From NCBI GenBank assembly GCA_963747235.1, contig CAVVEU010000040.1:416001-480000 (forward strand): 64,000 nucleotides of DNA, given 5' to 3'. Positions 1 to 13,339 of the stretch are shown here, one piece after another (within the stretch, counting starts at the first letter, position 1; each line of letters begins with the position of its first letter). The notes under the pieces are model-generated. The model was given only the letters and a program-made list of their open reading frames with translations. It was not told the DNA's origin and made no database searches. The translations under genes and the position numbers were made by a program. This stretch comes from an uncultured Candidatus Rokubacteria bacterium. Its GTDB lineage: Bacteria; Methylomirabilota; Methylomirabilia; Rokubacteriales; CSP1-6.

Positions 1-36
1 CACCGCCACCCGCCCCTTGAGCGCTCCGTCCGCCAC
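1..36 (-). CDS. 5' end of a probable short-chain dehydrogenase (runs off the window edge)
   Basis: Minus strand AGGAGG RBS then GTG start: VADGALKGRVAV, a typical SDR N-terminus just before TGxxxGxG. Confidence 0.45.
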   Translation of the reverse strand, partial: MADGALKGRVAV

Positions 37-84
37 GATGCCCGCCTCCTCGCCAGTGTGGTGTGCCGCGCGTGGCAGTCTACA

Positions 85-170
85 GGGGTCAGGTCTTGAA
101 TTCCGACATTTTCGCCTGGCGCGACATCAGCCCTCGCGTTCCAAAATGTCGGAATTCAAGACCTGACCCC
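85..170. repeat. Perfect 28-bp inverted repeat (REP/MITE-like palindrome)
   Basis: GGGGTCAGGTCTTGAATTCCGACATTTT (85-112) and its exact reverse complement (143-170), 30-nt spacer, intergenic. Confidence 0.9.
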
Positions 171-184
171 AGATCACTACCAGA

Positions 185-1141
185 TCAGCGGCGGGCGTGG
201 ATGAACTCGTGCCAGGTGACCCGGTGGCCGCGGAGGAAGTAGCCCATCATCACGAGCACGGCCAGGAGATTGCCCGCCAGGATGGTCCACCAGGGAACCG
301 CCTCCAGCAGCCACTCGGCGAGGATCGCCACCATCGCGGCGAAGAAGACCTCGAAGCAGCAGAGCAGCATGACGAAGGCGAAGAGCAGGCGCGGCTCGCG
401 GTCGGCGAGCGCCAGCATGCCCGCCGCGGCCAGGCCGAAGAGCACGAAGGCGGCGCCGTGGATCACGGTGTACTGCAGCACGAGGGGCATCGTGATCACC
501 AGCGCCCCCGGCTCGCGCAGGCCGTGGAAGAGCGCGGCGCCCAGCAGGGCCGGGGTGCGCAGGGGCACCCCCGCGGCCGCGTCGTAGGCGAGGAACCAGA
601 GCGCGACCGCGACGGCGCCCAGGAGCCCGGCCACGAGACCCTCGCGCACCACGCGCGTCCAGAGCGGCCCCAGCAGGGCGCGCCCGAGCGCGCGGTGGCC
701 GACGAAGAAGTAGATGAGCATGCCGCCGGCGGCGAGCGCGTTGGCGACGAGGATCGCCCACCAGGCGAGCTCGCCGAGCACCGGATGCGCGAGCCACGTC
801 AGCACCGCCAGGAAGAACACCTCGAAGCACATCAGCGCGATGAACAGGATCAGCACGCGGCTCGGCTCGCGCTGGGCCGAGGCGATCAGGTAGGCGATGA
901 GCACGCCGATCAGAGCGAAGACCACCCCGTGCAGCACCGTGTACTGCACCACCAGGCTGGTCGCGGTGGGCACCGCGGCCGGATCCTTCACGCCCTGGAA
1001 CGTGGCGGCGCCGAGCAACGCGGGCGTGCGGAACGGCTGCCCCATCGCCGCGTCGTAGATGAGGAACCAGACCGCCACGAGCGCGGCCCCGATCAGGCCG
1101 GCGATGATCCCTTCGCGAAGGTAGCGGGAATCGGAGGCCAT
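185..1141 (-). CDS. Polytopic membrane protein with internal two-fold duplication
   Basis: Hydrophobic 318 aa; REGIIAGLIGAALVAVWFLIYDAAMGQPFRTPALLGAA recurs as REGLVAGLLGAVAVALWFLAYDAAAGVPLRTPALLGAA; GGGAGG RBS. Confidence 0.85.
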   Translation of the reverse strand: MASDSRYLREGIIAGLIGAALVAVWFLIYDAAMGQPFRTPALLGAATFQGVKDPAAVPTATSLVVQYTVLHGVVFALIGVLIAYLIASAQREPSRVLILFIALMCFEVFFLAVLTWLAHPVLGELAWWAILVANALAAGGMLIYFFVGHRALGRALLGPLWTRVVREGLVAGLLGAVAVALWFLAYDAAAGVPLRTPALLGAALFHGLREPGALVITMPLVLQYTVIHGAAFVLFGLAAAGMLALADREPRLLFAFVMLLCCFEVFFAAMVAILAEWLLEAVPWWTILAGNLLAVLVMMGYFLRGHRVTWHEFIHARR

Positions 1142-1252
1142 GGGGACCCTCCCTTCCGATCTGGATCTGCTGATGCGAGCGCGACCGATCCAGACCTGAC
1201 CTCAGCGGTACCACCAACCGGTACCGAGAGCAAGCCGGCCCCGCCGGGAGCG

Positions 1253-2389
1253 TCAGGCGATCGCGAGCGCCTTCAGCAGATCCGCGCCGAAGAGGCCCAC
1301 GCGCCAGTCGCGCACGCCCTCGACCTGTCGCAGCGCGGCAAGATCGGCGGGCGGGGCCGCGGCGAGCCGGTCGATGAGGCGCTGGGGAAAGAGCACGCCC
1401 GGATCGAGGCCGATCTCCTTCGAGGCCTTGGTGCGCCACTCGCGCAGCGCCTCCCCGCGCCTCCGCTGGGCCGCGGGCACGTGGGGCCGCGGGGTCGGGC
1501 GGTAGGCGGGCAGCTCCGCGTCGGGCAGCGCGAGCGCGCGCGTGATCGCCTCGAGGATGGCGGGCCCGGCGCGCCGTACCACCGGCGGCGTGCAGCCCGG
1601 CACCGCCAGGATGCCCTCCGCGTCCAGGGGCCGGCGGGCCGCGAGCACGACGAGGCTCTCGTTGCCCACGATCATGAACGGCGGGCGATCGAGCCGCAGC
1701 GCCAGCGTCTCGCGCGCGGCGTACAGCTCGCGCAGCACCGCGAGCCCGCGCGCGTCCAGCTCGCGCGCGCCCTTGATCTTCATGTACGCGTCGGGGTCCA
1801 CCGGCTTCTCGGGCACCACCAGCGCGGCGAGCCCGGCGCATTCCTCCTCCACCCACTGCGCGCGCCCGATCGCGTCGAGGGCTTCCAGCAGGCGCTCGCG
1901 CAGCGGGATGAGATGGAGCACGTCGTCGAGGGCGTAGGCCTCCTGGTCCGCGGTGAGCGGCCGCCGGGACCAGTCGTCCTTCTGGCGCGACTTCACCGCG
2001 GTGACGCCGAGGTACTGGGTGAGCAGCCCCTCGAGCCCGAGCGCGGGCGCGCCGAGGAAGCGGGCCGCGACCGCGGTGTCGAAGAGCGAGGCCACCGACA
2101 CTCCGTACAGGCGCTTGAGGTAGGCCAGATCGTTGTCGGCAGCGTGCAGCACCTTGAGCGTGCCCGGATCGGCCAGCGCCGGCCCCAGCGGCGAGAGATC
2201 GCGCAGCGCGAGTGGATCCACGAGGTGCCCGCGTCCGCGCTCGTCGGCGATCTGCACCAGGCAGAGCTTGCCCGGGTAGTGATGCAGGCTGTCGGCCTCG
2301 GTGTCGATGGCCAGGGCCCCCGCGCCTTCGAGCTGGCGGGCCAGGGCCTGCAGGTCGTCAGGGGTCCGGATCCAGAGGGGAAGCGGCAT
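1253..2389 (-). CDS. rnd: Ribonuclease D (DEDDy 3'-5' exonuclease with HRDC domains)
   Basis: [43 protein letters not shown] motifs; C-terminal HRDC-like region. Confidence 0.9.
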   Translation of the reverse strand: MPLPLWIRTPDDLQALARQLEGAGALAIDTEADSLHHYPGKLCLVQIADERGRGHLVDPLALRDLSPLGPALADPGTLKVLHAADNDLAYLKRLYGVSVASLFDTAVAARFLGAPALGLEGLLTQYLGVTAVKSRQKDDWSRRPLTADQEAYALDDVLHLIPLRERLLEALDAIGRAQWVEEECAGLAALVVPEKPVDPDAYMKIKGARELDARGLAVLRELYAARETLALRLDRPPFMIVGNESLVVLAARRPLDAEGILAVPGCTPPVVRRAGPAILEAITRALALPDAELPAYRPTPRPHVPAAQRRRGEALREWRTKASKEIGLDPGVLFPQRLIDRLAAAPPADLAALRQVEGVRDWRVGLFGADLLKALAIA

Positions 2390-2460
2390 GGTCGGCTCGG
2401 TTATACTACACCGTCGGCGACGGTACCCTGCCCGACGGCACTCTGGAGGAGGAGGACGGC

Positions 2461-3228
<768 letters not shown>

Positions 3229-3242
3229 CCAGAGGAGCGACC

Positions 3243-3494
3243 ATGTACCATCCCCCGATCTTCTTCGATCCGCAGTTCACGATGGGCGTGATGGCGGGCT
3301 GGCTGCTCCAGGCCGCGGGCGTCGGCGCGCTGCTGCTGGCCGGCCTCTGGTTCTCGATCGCGGGCGAGTGGCGCCGCGGGACCCCGGCGCCCACCGCGTT
3401 CCGGGCACTCACCGGCCTCGGGCTCGTGATGTTCCTGGGCGGGATCGTCTGGCAGTTCGTCGGCTACTTCCGGACCGGCACGCTCAGCTGGTAA
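3243..3494 (+). CDS. Small two-TM membrane protein, hypothetical
   Basis: GAGGAG RBS, ATG 3243; MYHPPIFFDPQFTMGVMAGWLL... with two hydrophobic stretches. Confidence 0.7.
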   Translation: MYHPPIFFDPQFTMGVMAGWLLQAAGVGALLLAGLWFSIAGEWRRGTPAPTAFRALTGLGLVMFLGGIVWQFVGYFRTGTLSW

Positions 3495-3871
3495 GGCAGT
3501 CGCGCACCTTCCGCATCAGCACGTCGGGCGTGAAGGGTTTCTGCAGCCAGGCGTCCCACCCGGCCGCGCCGTCGATCGCGCCCGTCCATGTTCTCCGGAT
3601 AGCCCGACATGCAGAGCACGCGCAGGCCCGGCCGGTGCGCGCGCAGCCGCCGCGCCAGCTCCGGGCCGCTGGTGCCCGGCATCACCACGTCGGTGATCAG
3701 CAGGTCGATCGTCCCGGGATGCGTCTGCGCGAGGCGGGTGGCGTCGGCCACGTCGAGGGCCTCCAGCACCTGGAAGCCGTTCATCTCGAGAACGTCGCGC
3801 GCGAGCGCGCGCACTTCTTCCTCGTCTTCGACGACCAGGATCGTGGCCGGAGGAGTCTCCGGATCAGGCAT
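3484..3871 (-). CDS. Single-domain response regulator (receiver), one indel near 3580
   Basis: ILVVEDE, DLLITDVVMPG, CMSGY; LQKPFTPDVLMRKVR* continues in another frame to a TGA at 3484. Confidence 0.8.
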
Positions 3872-3977
3872 CGGGGAGCCGGCGCGTAGCCGAGGCTCGG
3901 ATTAGCACTATCGCGACGATGCGCGTCCGACGGTACTTTCGTCTATTCGTACAGGTACGTAATTTCCGGCGCGCGGC

Positions 3978-4634
3978 TCAACCGTCGACCGTGAGGATGC
4001 CCCGCCCCACCGCGTAGCGGACCAGATCGCTCTGGCCCCGCAGCCGCAGCTTGCGTAGCAGGTTGGCCCGGTGGACCTCGACCGTGCGCGGGCTGATGTT
4101 CAGCCGCGCCCCGATCTGGCCGCTGGTCTGCCCCTCCGCGGCCAGGTGCAGGACCTCGCGCTCCCGCTGGGTGAGCGTGCGGTAGAGATCGAGACCGGTG
4201 GGCACCGCGCGCTGCGCGTAGGCCTCCACCATCTCTTCCGAGAGCGGCGGGCTCAGGTGCCGGAAGCCGTCCGCCACCGCCCGGATCGCCCGCACCAGCT
4301 CCGCCGCGCTCGAGCCCTTGAGCACGTACCCGGCGGCCCCGCTCTGCATGGCCTCGACGACGTAGGCCGGGTTCGCGTGCATGGACAGCACGAGCGCGCG
4401 CGTGCGCGGGGAGACCCGGGCCACCCGCCGGATGATGTCGGGCGCGTTCAGCCCGGGCATCACGAAGTCCACCACCAGCACGTCCGGCTTCACGCGCTCG
4501 ACGAGATCGCCCACGTCGAGGCCGCTCGCCGCCTCGCCCACCACCTCGAGGTCGGGCTCGGCCGCGAGCAGGGCGCGCAGGCCCTGCCGGACGACATGGT
4601 GATCCTCGGCCAGCACCACGCTGATCGTCTTCAT
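3978..4634 (-). CDS. NarL/FixJ-family response regulator (REC + LuxR HTH)
   Basis: VVLAEDHHVVR, VVDFVMPG, LTQREREVL...LNISPRTVEVHRANL. Confidence 0.95.
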   Translation of the reverse strand: MKTISVVLAEDHHVVRQGLRALLAAEPDLEVVGEAASGLDVGDLVERVKPDVLVVDFVMPGLNAPDIIRRVARVSPRTRALVLSMHANPAYVVEAMQSGAAGYVLKGSSAAELVRAIRAVADGFRHLSPPLSEEMVEAYAQRAVPTGLDLYRTLTQREREVLHLAAEGQTSGQIGARLNISPRTVEVHRANLLRKLRLRGQSDLVRYAVGRGILTVDG

Positions 4635-7353
4635 CAGTCACCGGCCCTTCGCAAGGACCCGTTGAGCGGGACCTCGGCGGTCAGTCGCACGCCGCGGCCC
4701 GGATGCGTCTCCACCGTGAGGTGCCCGTTGAGCAGGGCGGCCCGCTCGCGCAGACCCGCGAGCCCGCCGCCCCGGCCCGCGCCGAGCACCGCGTCCGGGT
4801 CGAAGCCGGCGCCGTGGTCCTCGACCTGGACGCCCAGCACGTCGTCGGTGGCCCAGAGGCGCACCGTCACCTCGTCCACGTGGCCGTGCCGCGCCACGTT
4901 GGTCAGCGCCTCCTGGACGATGCGGTAGACGCCGGTCTCGGTCTCCGGGGCGAAGCGCCGGTCGAGCCCGCTGTGCTCCAGGTGGACGCGGATCTTGGTC
5001 TGGCTCATGTAGCGCTCGATGTTGTCGAGCAGCGCGGGCAGCACCCCCAGATCGTCCAGGATGCTCGGGCGCAGGTCGAGCGAGAGCGCGCGGATGCGCT
5101 CGAGCAGCTCCTGCACGAGGGCCTGGGCCTGCCCGAGCCGCTCGGCCAGCGCGGGCGACGGCGGCTCGGGCACGTCGAGGGTGAGGCGCAGCCCGGTGAG
5201 GAGCTGGCCGATCTCGTCGTGGAGCTCGCGGGCCAGGTGGCGCCGCTCCGCCTCCTGCACCTCCATCAGGCGCCCGGAGAGCCCCTGCAGGCGGCTGTAG
5301 AGGGTGGCGTTCTGGATCGCGATGGCCGCGTGGTCGGCCAGGCGGATCAGGATCGCCTCGTCGCGGTCGGTGAAGGGGCGATCGGCGCGGTTGGAGACGT
5401 AGAGGAGGCCCTCGACCTGCCCGCTGATCCAGATCGGGACCACGAGGGTGGCGATGACGCCTTCCCGCCTGGCCGCCTCGGGGTAGTCGTCGCGCACCCG
5501 CGGGTCGTCGGGCCGGTTCGCGGTGCGGAAGGGCCGGCCCGTGCTCCACGCCTGGCCCCCCGCACCCCGGCCGCGCACGATGCGCGGCGCGTCCGCCTCG
5601 CCCACCGCGTGGCCCACCCCGTAGCGGGCGAACATCGTGTCGGACTCGACATCCCGGAGCAGGATGTGGGCGATATCGCTCCCGCACAGCTCCCGGGCGG
5701 CGACCGCCACCCGGCGCAGCACCGAGGTGGGATCGAGCGTGGCGGTGATGGTGCGCACCAGCCCGGACAGCGTCTCGGCCTCGACCCGGCGCCGCTCGGC
5801 GTCCGCGTAGAGCCTCGCGTTCTCCAGCGCCACCGCCGCCTGGTCCGCGAAGGCCTGGACGAGGCGCACGTCGTCCTCGGTGAAGACCCGGCCGCTCACG
5901 TCCACCAGGCCGAGCGCGCCGATCACCTGCTCCTTCACGATGAGCGGGACCGCGAGGATGGCCCGGATCGGCGAGGCCTCGAGGAACGCGCGCACGTCCG
6001 GGGAGAACTGCAGGCGCGGGTCGGCCAGGACATTGTTCGAGACCACCGCCCGTCGCTCCGTCACCGCCAGCCCCACCGCCCCGGTGCCGCGCGGAAACCG
6101 CGGCCGCCGGTCGCGAAACGGGCGACAGCCCCGAGAACGCCGTCTGCTCCAGCACGCCCGACTCGGCATCGAGGCGGAACACGGAGGCCGCGAGCCCGCC
6201 GACCAGCTCCCGCACGCAGTCCACCACCCGCTGGGCGACCCCGCCGGGATGGAGGGACTGGGCGAGGGTCTGGCTCACGTTGCCGAGCGCCAGGCTCTCG
6301 CGACGCCGCCGCTCGGTCTCCGCGAAGAGCCGCGCGTTCTCGAGCGCCACCGCGGCCTGGTCCGCGAAGGTCTGGGCCAGCAGAAGATCGTCGTCGGTGT
6401 AGACGCGGCCGAGAGAATCGCCCACCGTGAAGCCGCCCACCACCTGCCCCTTCACCACCAGCGGCAGCGAGAGCACCGACGGGCACAGGGTCTGCCCCGG
6501 GCGCATGCTCGCGGTGGACGCGATCCGGGTATCCACCCGCACGTCGGGCGTGACCACCGGCTGCCGGCGGTTCACGGCCAGGCCGACCACGCCGTGGCCC
6601 GCGGGAATCACGACGCCCGGGTCCCAGAAGCGCTCCGCCTCCCCTGCGCGGCCGATCACCTCGAGATCGCCCGAGCCCGGGCTGGAGGCGGTAGAGCACG
6701 GCGGCGCGCACGCGCAGGGCGCGCAGCACCACGTCGGCGATGCGCTGGCCGAGCGCGACCACGTCGAAGGTCTCGGAGAGGAACCGCCACACCTCCGCGA
6801 GGGCCTCCGCGGTCCGGCGCCGGGTCTCGCTCTCCGCGAAGAGCCGCGCGTTGCCGATCGCCACCGCGGCGTGGCTCGCGAGCAGGTCCACGATCTCGCG
6901 CTCCTCCGCGGTGGGCGGCGCGGTCTCGGAGAGGGCCACGCTGAGCACGCCCATCAGCTCCCCGCCCGCGCTGATCGGCACCCCGTAGTAGACCTTGAGG
7001 CCTCGCTCCTCCCGCCACATCGCGGACACCAGCCGCGGATCGCCGAGCGCGTCGGGCAGCAGCACCGGCTGCCCGCTCTGCGCGACCGCGTGGGTGATCC
7101 CGCTCCCGAAGGGGATGACCTCGGCCACGGTCTCGACGTCAGCGTCGTCGTCGTGCACGCCGCCCTTGGCCGCGAGCCGGTACCCGCCCCGCTCGATGTC
7201 CACCAGGCGCACCACGCAGAAGGCGCGCGGCCGCAGCGAGAGCACCGCCTCCACGACCTGCCGGAGGACGGTGTCCACGTCGAGCGCGCTGGCCACCGAA
7301 CGGGCCAGGTTCGCCACCTGCCGGAGTCGATCGAGGGAAACGTTCTGCATCAC
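4634..7353 (-). CDS. Cytoplasmic multi-GAF sensor histidine kinase (HisKA_3), split by at least 2 indels (~6660, ~6100-6150)
   Basis: Four GAF-ending motifs (HAAVAIGNARLF, QAAVALENARLF, QAAVALENARLY, HAAIAIQNATLY) spread over 3 frames; ERRHLARELHDEIGQ, QEALTNVARH, DHGAGF; stop overlaps the RR start. Confidence 0.85.
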
Positions 7354-7389
7354 TGCGGATTTGGACGTTAGCGGCCCGCTGCCGCCGTG

Positions 7390-8521
7390 TCAAGCCGTAG
7401 GAAACCGGCCGAGACGCAGGTCCTGGATGTCGAGCGTCGAGCGGCCGTCGAGCAGCACCTCGGCCACCGTCTCGCCCACCCCGGGGGAATGCTGAAACCC
7501 GTGGCCGCAGAAACCGACCGCGAGGTACAGGCCCTCCACGCCCGGGGCCCAGTCGAGGATGGCGCGGCCGTCCGGCGTGAGCGGCCGCAGCCCGGCCCAC
7601 GCGTGGCGCACCTGGGCGCCCTCGAGCGCGGGGATGCGCCGCATCGCCTTCTCGACCGCCACCTCCAGCATGGCCCAGTCCACCTGCGCCTCGTACTCGG
7701 TGGTGGCCCCGATGTCGCCCGGGCTCATCAGGATGGCCCCCTGCTCGCTCCGGCAGTAGAACCCGCTGCCGGTGTCGGTGACGAGCGGCATCGGATGGCG
7801 GATCCCGTCGAAGGCGTCGGTCACGAAGATGTGGCGCCGCCGCGGATCCACCGGCAGCGTCGAGGCCGGCCATCCGGCCGACCAGCGGCGCCCAGGGTCC
7901 GGCCGCGTTGACCACGAGCCGCGTCGCGATGGTGCCCGCCGGGGTGACGACACCCGTCACCCGGCCGTGCTCCAGCGTGATCCCGGTCACCGGCGTGTCC
8001 TCCACGATGCGCACGCCGCGGGCCCGCGCCTGGGCCGCGTAGGCCTGCACCACGTCGTTGGGCGAGGCGTGGCCGTCCATGGGCCCCCACACCGCGGCGA
8101 TGGCGTCGTCCACGTTGAGCGACGGCACCAGGGCGCGCGCGTCGTCCGGCGCGATCACCCGCACGTCTCCGCCCATGCTCCGCTGGAGGGCGACGTTGTC
8201 GCGAAAGCGGGCCAGGGTCGGCTCGTCGGTGATCACGAAGAGGTAGCCCTCCTGGTGGAAATCGCAGGGCACCCCCATCTCGTCCTCGAAGCGCTTGAAG
8301 AAGGCGATGCCGCGGAGGGAGAGCTCGATCTCCACGCGCGTCGCGAACTGCACGCGGATGCCGCCCGCCGCCTTGCTGGTCGAGCCGGCGCCAATAGTGT
8401 CGCGCTCGAGCACCACCACGTCGCGCGCTCCGCGCCGGCCGAGCTGGTAGGCGATGCTGGCGCCGATGGCGCCGGCCCCGATGATCACGATGTCGGCGCT
8501 GCGCGGGAGCGCGGGGCTCAT
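7390..8521 (-). CDS. FAD-dependent amine oxidoreductase (sarcosine oxidase beta/DAO family), indel near 7860
   Basis: IIGAGAIG, GSTSKAAGG, VVNAAGPW; C-terminal WAGLRPLTPDG and GHGFQHSP in a second frame. Confidence 0.85.
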
Positions 8522-8533
8522 CGAGCGGTCAGA

Positions 8534-9166
8534 TCAGTACAGCGTCTTCCGCAGGCGCTCCTGCTGGTCGCGCTCGTAGTCCTCGACGCAGGCGTGCCCG
8601 GTCGGCTTGGCCTCGATCTGGTCCCACAGCATGCGGGCCATCGACGGCAGCCCGGCCACGTCGGGCCAGCGCTCCCGCTCCCAGAGGCCGGAGCGCTTGA
8701 AGGCCTTCGCGCAGTGGAGAAAACACTCCTCCACCTCGACCCCGATCGCGACCTTGGGCCGCTTGCCCTGGACCTCGAGGCGGTCGAGGATCTCCGCGTC
8801 GCGCACGATGGAAGCGCGTCCGTTGACGCGCAACGTATCCTCGCGGCCGGGGATCAGGAAGATCATCCCCACGTGCGGGTTCTCCACGATATTGGTGAAC
8901 CCGTCGATGCGGTTGTTGCCGGGCCGGTCGGGCACCACCAGGTGGTGGTCGTCCAGCACCAGCACGAAGCCGGGCGCGTCGCCCTTGGGCGAGACGTCGC
9001 AGCGTCCGGCCGCGCCCGCGGTGGCGATCAGCACGAACGGCGCGCTCGCGATGAAGGCGCGGGAGTGGACGTCGAGGCTCGCCCGCTCCTTGAGCACCGC
9101 GCGCTCCATGGGCGCGCCGAAGATGGCCCGCAGCTCCTCCCGGGACGTCACGGTGTCCTTGAACAA
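8534..9166 (-). CDS. Pyridoxamine 5'-phosphate oxidase-like FMN-binding protein (MSMEG_1061-like)
   Basis: DVSPKGDAPGFV, PDRPGNNRID, TLRVNGRA, FLHCAKAF; GAGGAGG RBS then TTG 9166. Confidence 0.85.
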   Translation of the reverse strand: MFKDTVTSREELRAIFGAPMERAVLKERASLDVHSRAFIASAPFVLIATAGAAGRCDVSPKGDAPGFVLVLDDHHLVVPDRPGNNRIDGFTNIVENPHVGMIFLIPGREDTLRVNGRASIVRDAEILDRLEVQGKRPKVAIGVEVEECFLHCAKAFKRSGLWERERWPDVAGLPSMARMLWDQIEAKPTGHACVEDYERDQQERLRKTLY

Positions 9167-9186
9167 GGCGCGGTCCTCCTCGCGGG

Positions 9187-10866
<1,680 letters not shown>

Positions 10867-10902
10867 AGACCCCGGATGATACCAGCGAAGTGGCGTTTAG
10901 GA

Positions 10903-10932
10903 TTGACAAAAGCGCCGCCCACCACCTATAAG
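10903..10932 (+). promoter_or_regulatory. Sigma70-like promoter for the Liv-type operon
   Basis: TTGACA (10903-10908), 18 bp, TATAAG (10927-10932) just upstream of GTG 10942. Confidence 0.55.
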
Positions 10933-10941
10933 ATACGAACC

Positions 10942-11725
10942 GTGAATGCGGCCGTGGGCGCCGATATTCTGTCCGTGCGGAACGTCTCGATGCGCTTCGG
11001 GGGTATCGTCGCCCTCGACGACGTCTCCTTCGACATGGCGCCGGGCCACATCGTCGGGCTGATCGGCCCCAACGGCGCGGGCAAGACCACGCTGTTCAAC
11101 TGCGTGAGCCGGCTCTACACGCCGAACAGCGGCGACCTGCTCTACGAGGGCCAGCTCGATCATCCGCGACACCCCGCATCACGTGGCCGCGCTCGGCATC
11201 GGCCGCACGTTCCAGAACCTCGCGCTGTTCCCCAGCATGACCGTGCTCCAGAACGTGATGGTGGGCGTGCACGCGCGCACCGGGAGCGACTTCCTGAGCA
11301 ACGCGCTCCGCCTGCCGTCGGTGCGGCGCGAGGAGCGGATGATGCGCGACGCCGCGATGGAGGTCATCGGCTTCCTCGAGCTCGAGCGCGTCGCCGCGCA
11401 TCCCGCCGCGGGCCTGCCGTTCGGCACGCTCAAGCGCGTGGAGCTGGCGCGCGCCCTCGCGGGCAATCCCAAGCTCCTGCTGGTGGACGAGCCGGCGGGC
11501 GGCCTCAACCACGAAGAGGTCGGGACGCTCGGCGGCATCCTGCGCGCCATCCGGGACCGGCGAGGCGTGACCGTGCTCCTGGTGGAGCATCACATGAGCC
11601 TGGTCATGCAGGTGTCCGACCGGGTGGTGGTGCTCGACTTCGGCCGGAAGATCGCGGAGGGGCCGCCCGCCGCGATCCAGCGCGATCCCGAAGTGATCCG
11701 CGCCTATCTCGGGAGCGCGGCCTGA
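10942..11725 (+). CDS. livG: Branched-chain amino acid ABC ATPase LivG-like, indel near 11155
   Basis: [42 protein letters not shown]. Confidence 0.85.
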
Positions 11726-12441
11726 TGCCCGCCCTGCTGGAGGCGCAGGACCTGGAGGCGCAGTACGGGTGGACCAAGGTCCTGCACGGCCTCTCGTTCG
11801 CGGTGGAGACGGGCGGGATCACCACCATCCTGGGCGCCAACGGAGCCGGCAAGACGACGACGCTCCGGGCCGTCTGTCAGATGGTCAAGACCAGCGGCCA
11901 GGTGCGCTTCGACGGCCAGCGCATCGACGGCAAGACCACCGAGGACATCGTCCGCCTCGGCATCGCCCACACCCCGGAGGGACGCGGCACCTTCGTGGAC
12001 CTGACGGTGGAGGAGAACCTCCGGCTCGGCGCCTACGCGCGCCGGGACAAGTCCAGGCTCGCGGAGCGACTACGAGAAGATCTACGAGTACTTCCCGGTG
12101 CTCGCGCAGCGGCGCCGGCAGCAGGCGGGCACGCTCTCCGGGCGGCGAGCAGCAGATGCTCGCGGTGGCGCGCGAGCCTCATGTCGCGCCCGCGACTCCT
12201 GCTGCTGGACGAGCCCTCCCTGGGCCTGGCCCCGCTCGTGGTCCGGGAGATCTTTCGCATCGTGCGAACCATCAATCAGGAGGAAAGCGTGAGTGTGCTA
12301 CTGGTGGAACAGAACGCGGCCATGGCGCTCGATCTGGCCGACCACGCTTACCTGCTCGAGACGGGCCGGGTGGTCATGTCGGGCCCGGCCGCCGATCTGA
12401 AGAAGGACGATGCGATCCGCCGCTCCTACCTGGGATACTGA
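11725..12441 (+). CDS. livF: Branched-chain amino acid ABC ATPase LivF-like, compensating indels ~12065-12175
   Basis: GANGAGKTT, PEGRGTF, LLLDEPSLGLAP, VEQNA, RRSYLGY. Confidence 0.85.
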   Translation: MPALLEAQDLEAQYGWTKVLHGLSFAVETGGITTILGANGAGKTTTLRAVCQMVKTSGQVRFDGQRIDGKTTEDIVRLGIAHTPEGRGTFVDLTVEENLRLGAYARRDKSRLAERLREDLRVLPGARAAAPAAGGHALRAASSRCSRWRASLMSRPRLLLLDEPSLGLAPLVVREIFRIVRTINQEESVSVLLVEQNAAMALDLADHAYLLETGRVVMSGPAADLKKDDAIRRSYLGY

Positions 12442-12444
12442 CCC

Positions 12445-13326
12445 GTGGACATCCTGATCCAGCAGATCGTGTCGGGGCTGGCCACCGGCGGCATCTACGC
12501 GAGCCTCGCCCTGGCTCTCGTGATGATCTACCAGGCCACCGACGTCGTGAACTTCGCTCAGGGCAACATGGCCATGTTCAGCACCTATCTCGCCTGGTCC
12601 CTGCTGCAGGCGGGCCTGCCCTACTGGGTGACGTTCGGCGCGACGGTGATCATCGCCTTCGTGGGCGGACTCCTGATCGAGCGCGTGGTGATCCGGCCGG
12701 TGGAGGGCGCCCCCATCCTCACCATCGTGATCGTGACCCTGGGACTGCTCGTCATCTTCACCAGCGTGGCCGGCTGGATCTACTCCTATATCCAGAAGCC
12801 GTTCCCGAGCCCCTTCCCGGACAAGCCGATCAAGATCGGCAACATCGTCTTCGGCGCCCATGACCTGGGGGCGATCGGCATCACCTTGATCGTCCTGCTC
12901 CTGCTCTTCCTCTTCTTCCGCTTCACGACGCTCGGACTGGCCATGCGCGCCGCCGCGCAGAATCCGGTCTCGAGCCGGCTGTGCGGCATCCGCGTGAGCT
13001 GGATGCTCGGGCTCGGGTGGGGGCTGGCCGCCGCCTTCGGGGCGGTGGCGGGCATGATGGTGGCGCCGGTGGTCTTCCTCGACCCGAACATGATGGGCGG
13101 CATCCAGATCTACGCCTTCGCGGCGGCGACGGTGGGCGGCTTCACGAGCCCGATGGGCGCCGTGGTCGGCGGCTTCCTGGTGGGCGTGACCGAGAACCTC
13201 GTGGGAACCTACGTCTCGTTCATCGGCACCGAGCTCAAGCTCACGGTGGCGCTGGCCATGATCATCATCGTGCTGCTCGTGAGGCCCACCGGTCTCTTCG
13301 GCCGCACCACCGTGCGCCGGGTCTAG
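12445..13326 (+). CDS. livH: Branched-chain amino acid ABC permease LivH-like
   Basis: SGLATGGIYA, VNFAQG, GLAMRAAAQN, RPTGLFG. Confidence 0.92.
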   Translation: MDILIQQIVSGLATGGIYASLALALVMIYQATDVVNFAQGNMAMFSTYLAWSLLQAGLPYWVTFGATVIIAFVGGLLIERVVIRPVEGAPILTIVIVTLGLLVIFTSVAGWIYSYIQKPFPSPFPDKPIKIGNIVFGAHDLGAIGITLIVLLLLFLFFRFTTLGLAMRAAAQNPVSSRLCGIRVSWMLGLGWGLAAAFGAVAGMMVAPVVFLDPNMMGGIQIYAFAAATVGGFTSPMGAVVGGFLVGVTENLVGTYVSFIGTELKLTVALAMIIIVLLVRPTGLFGRTTVRRV

Positions 13327-13339
13327 CTGGCGGGCCCGG

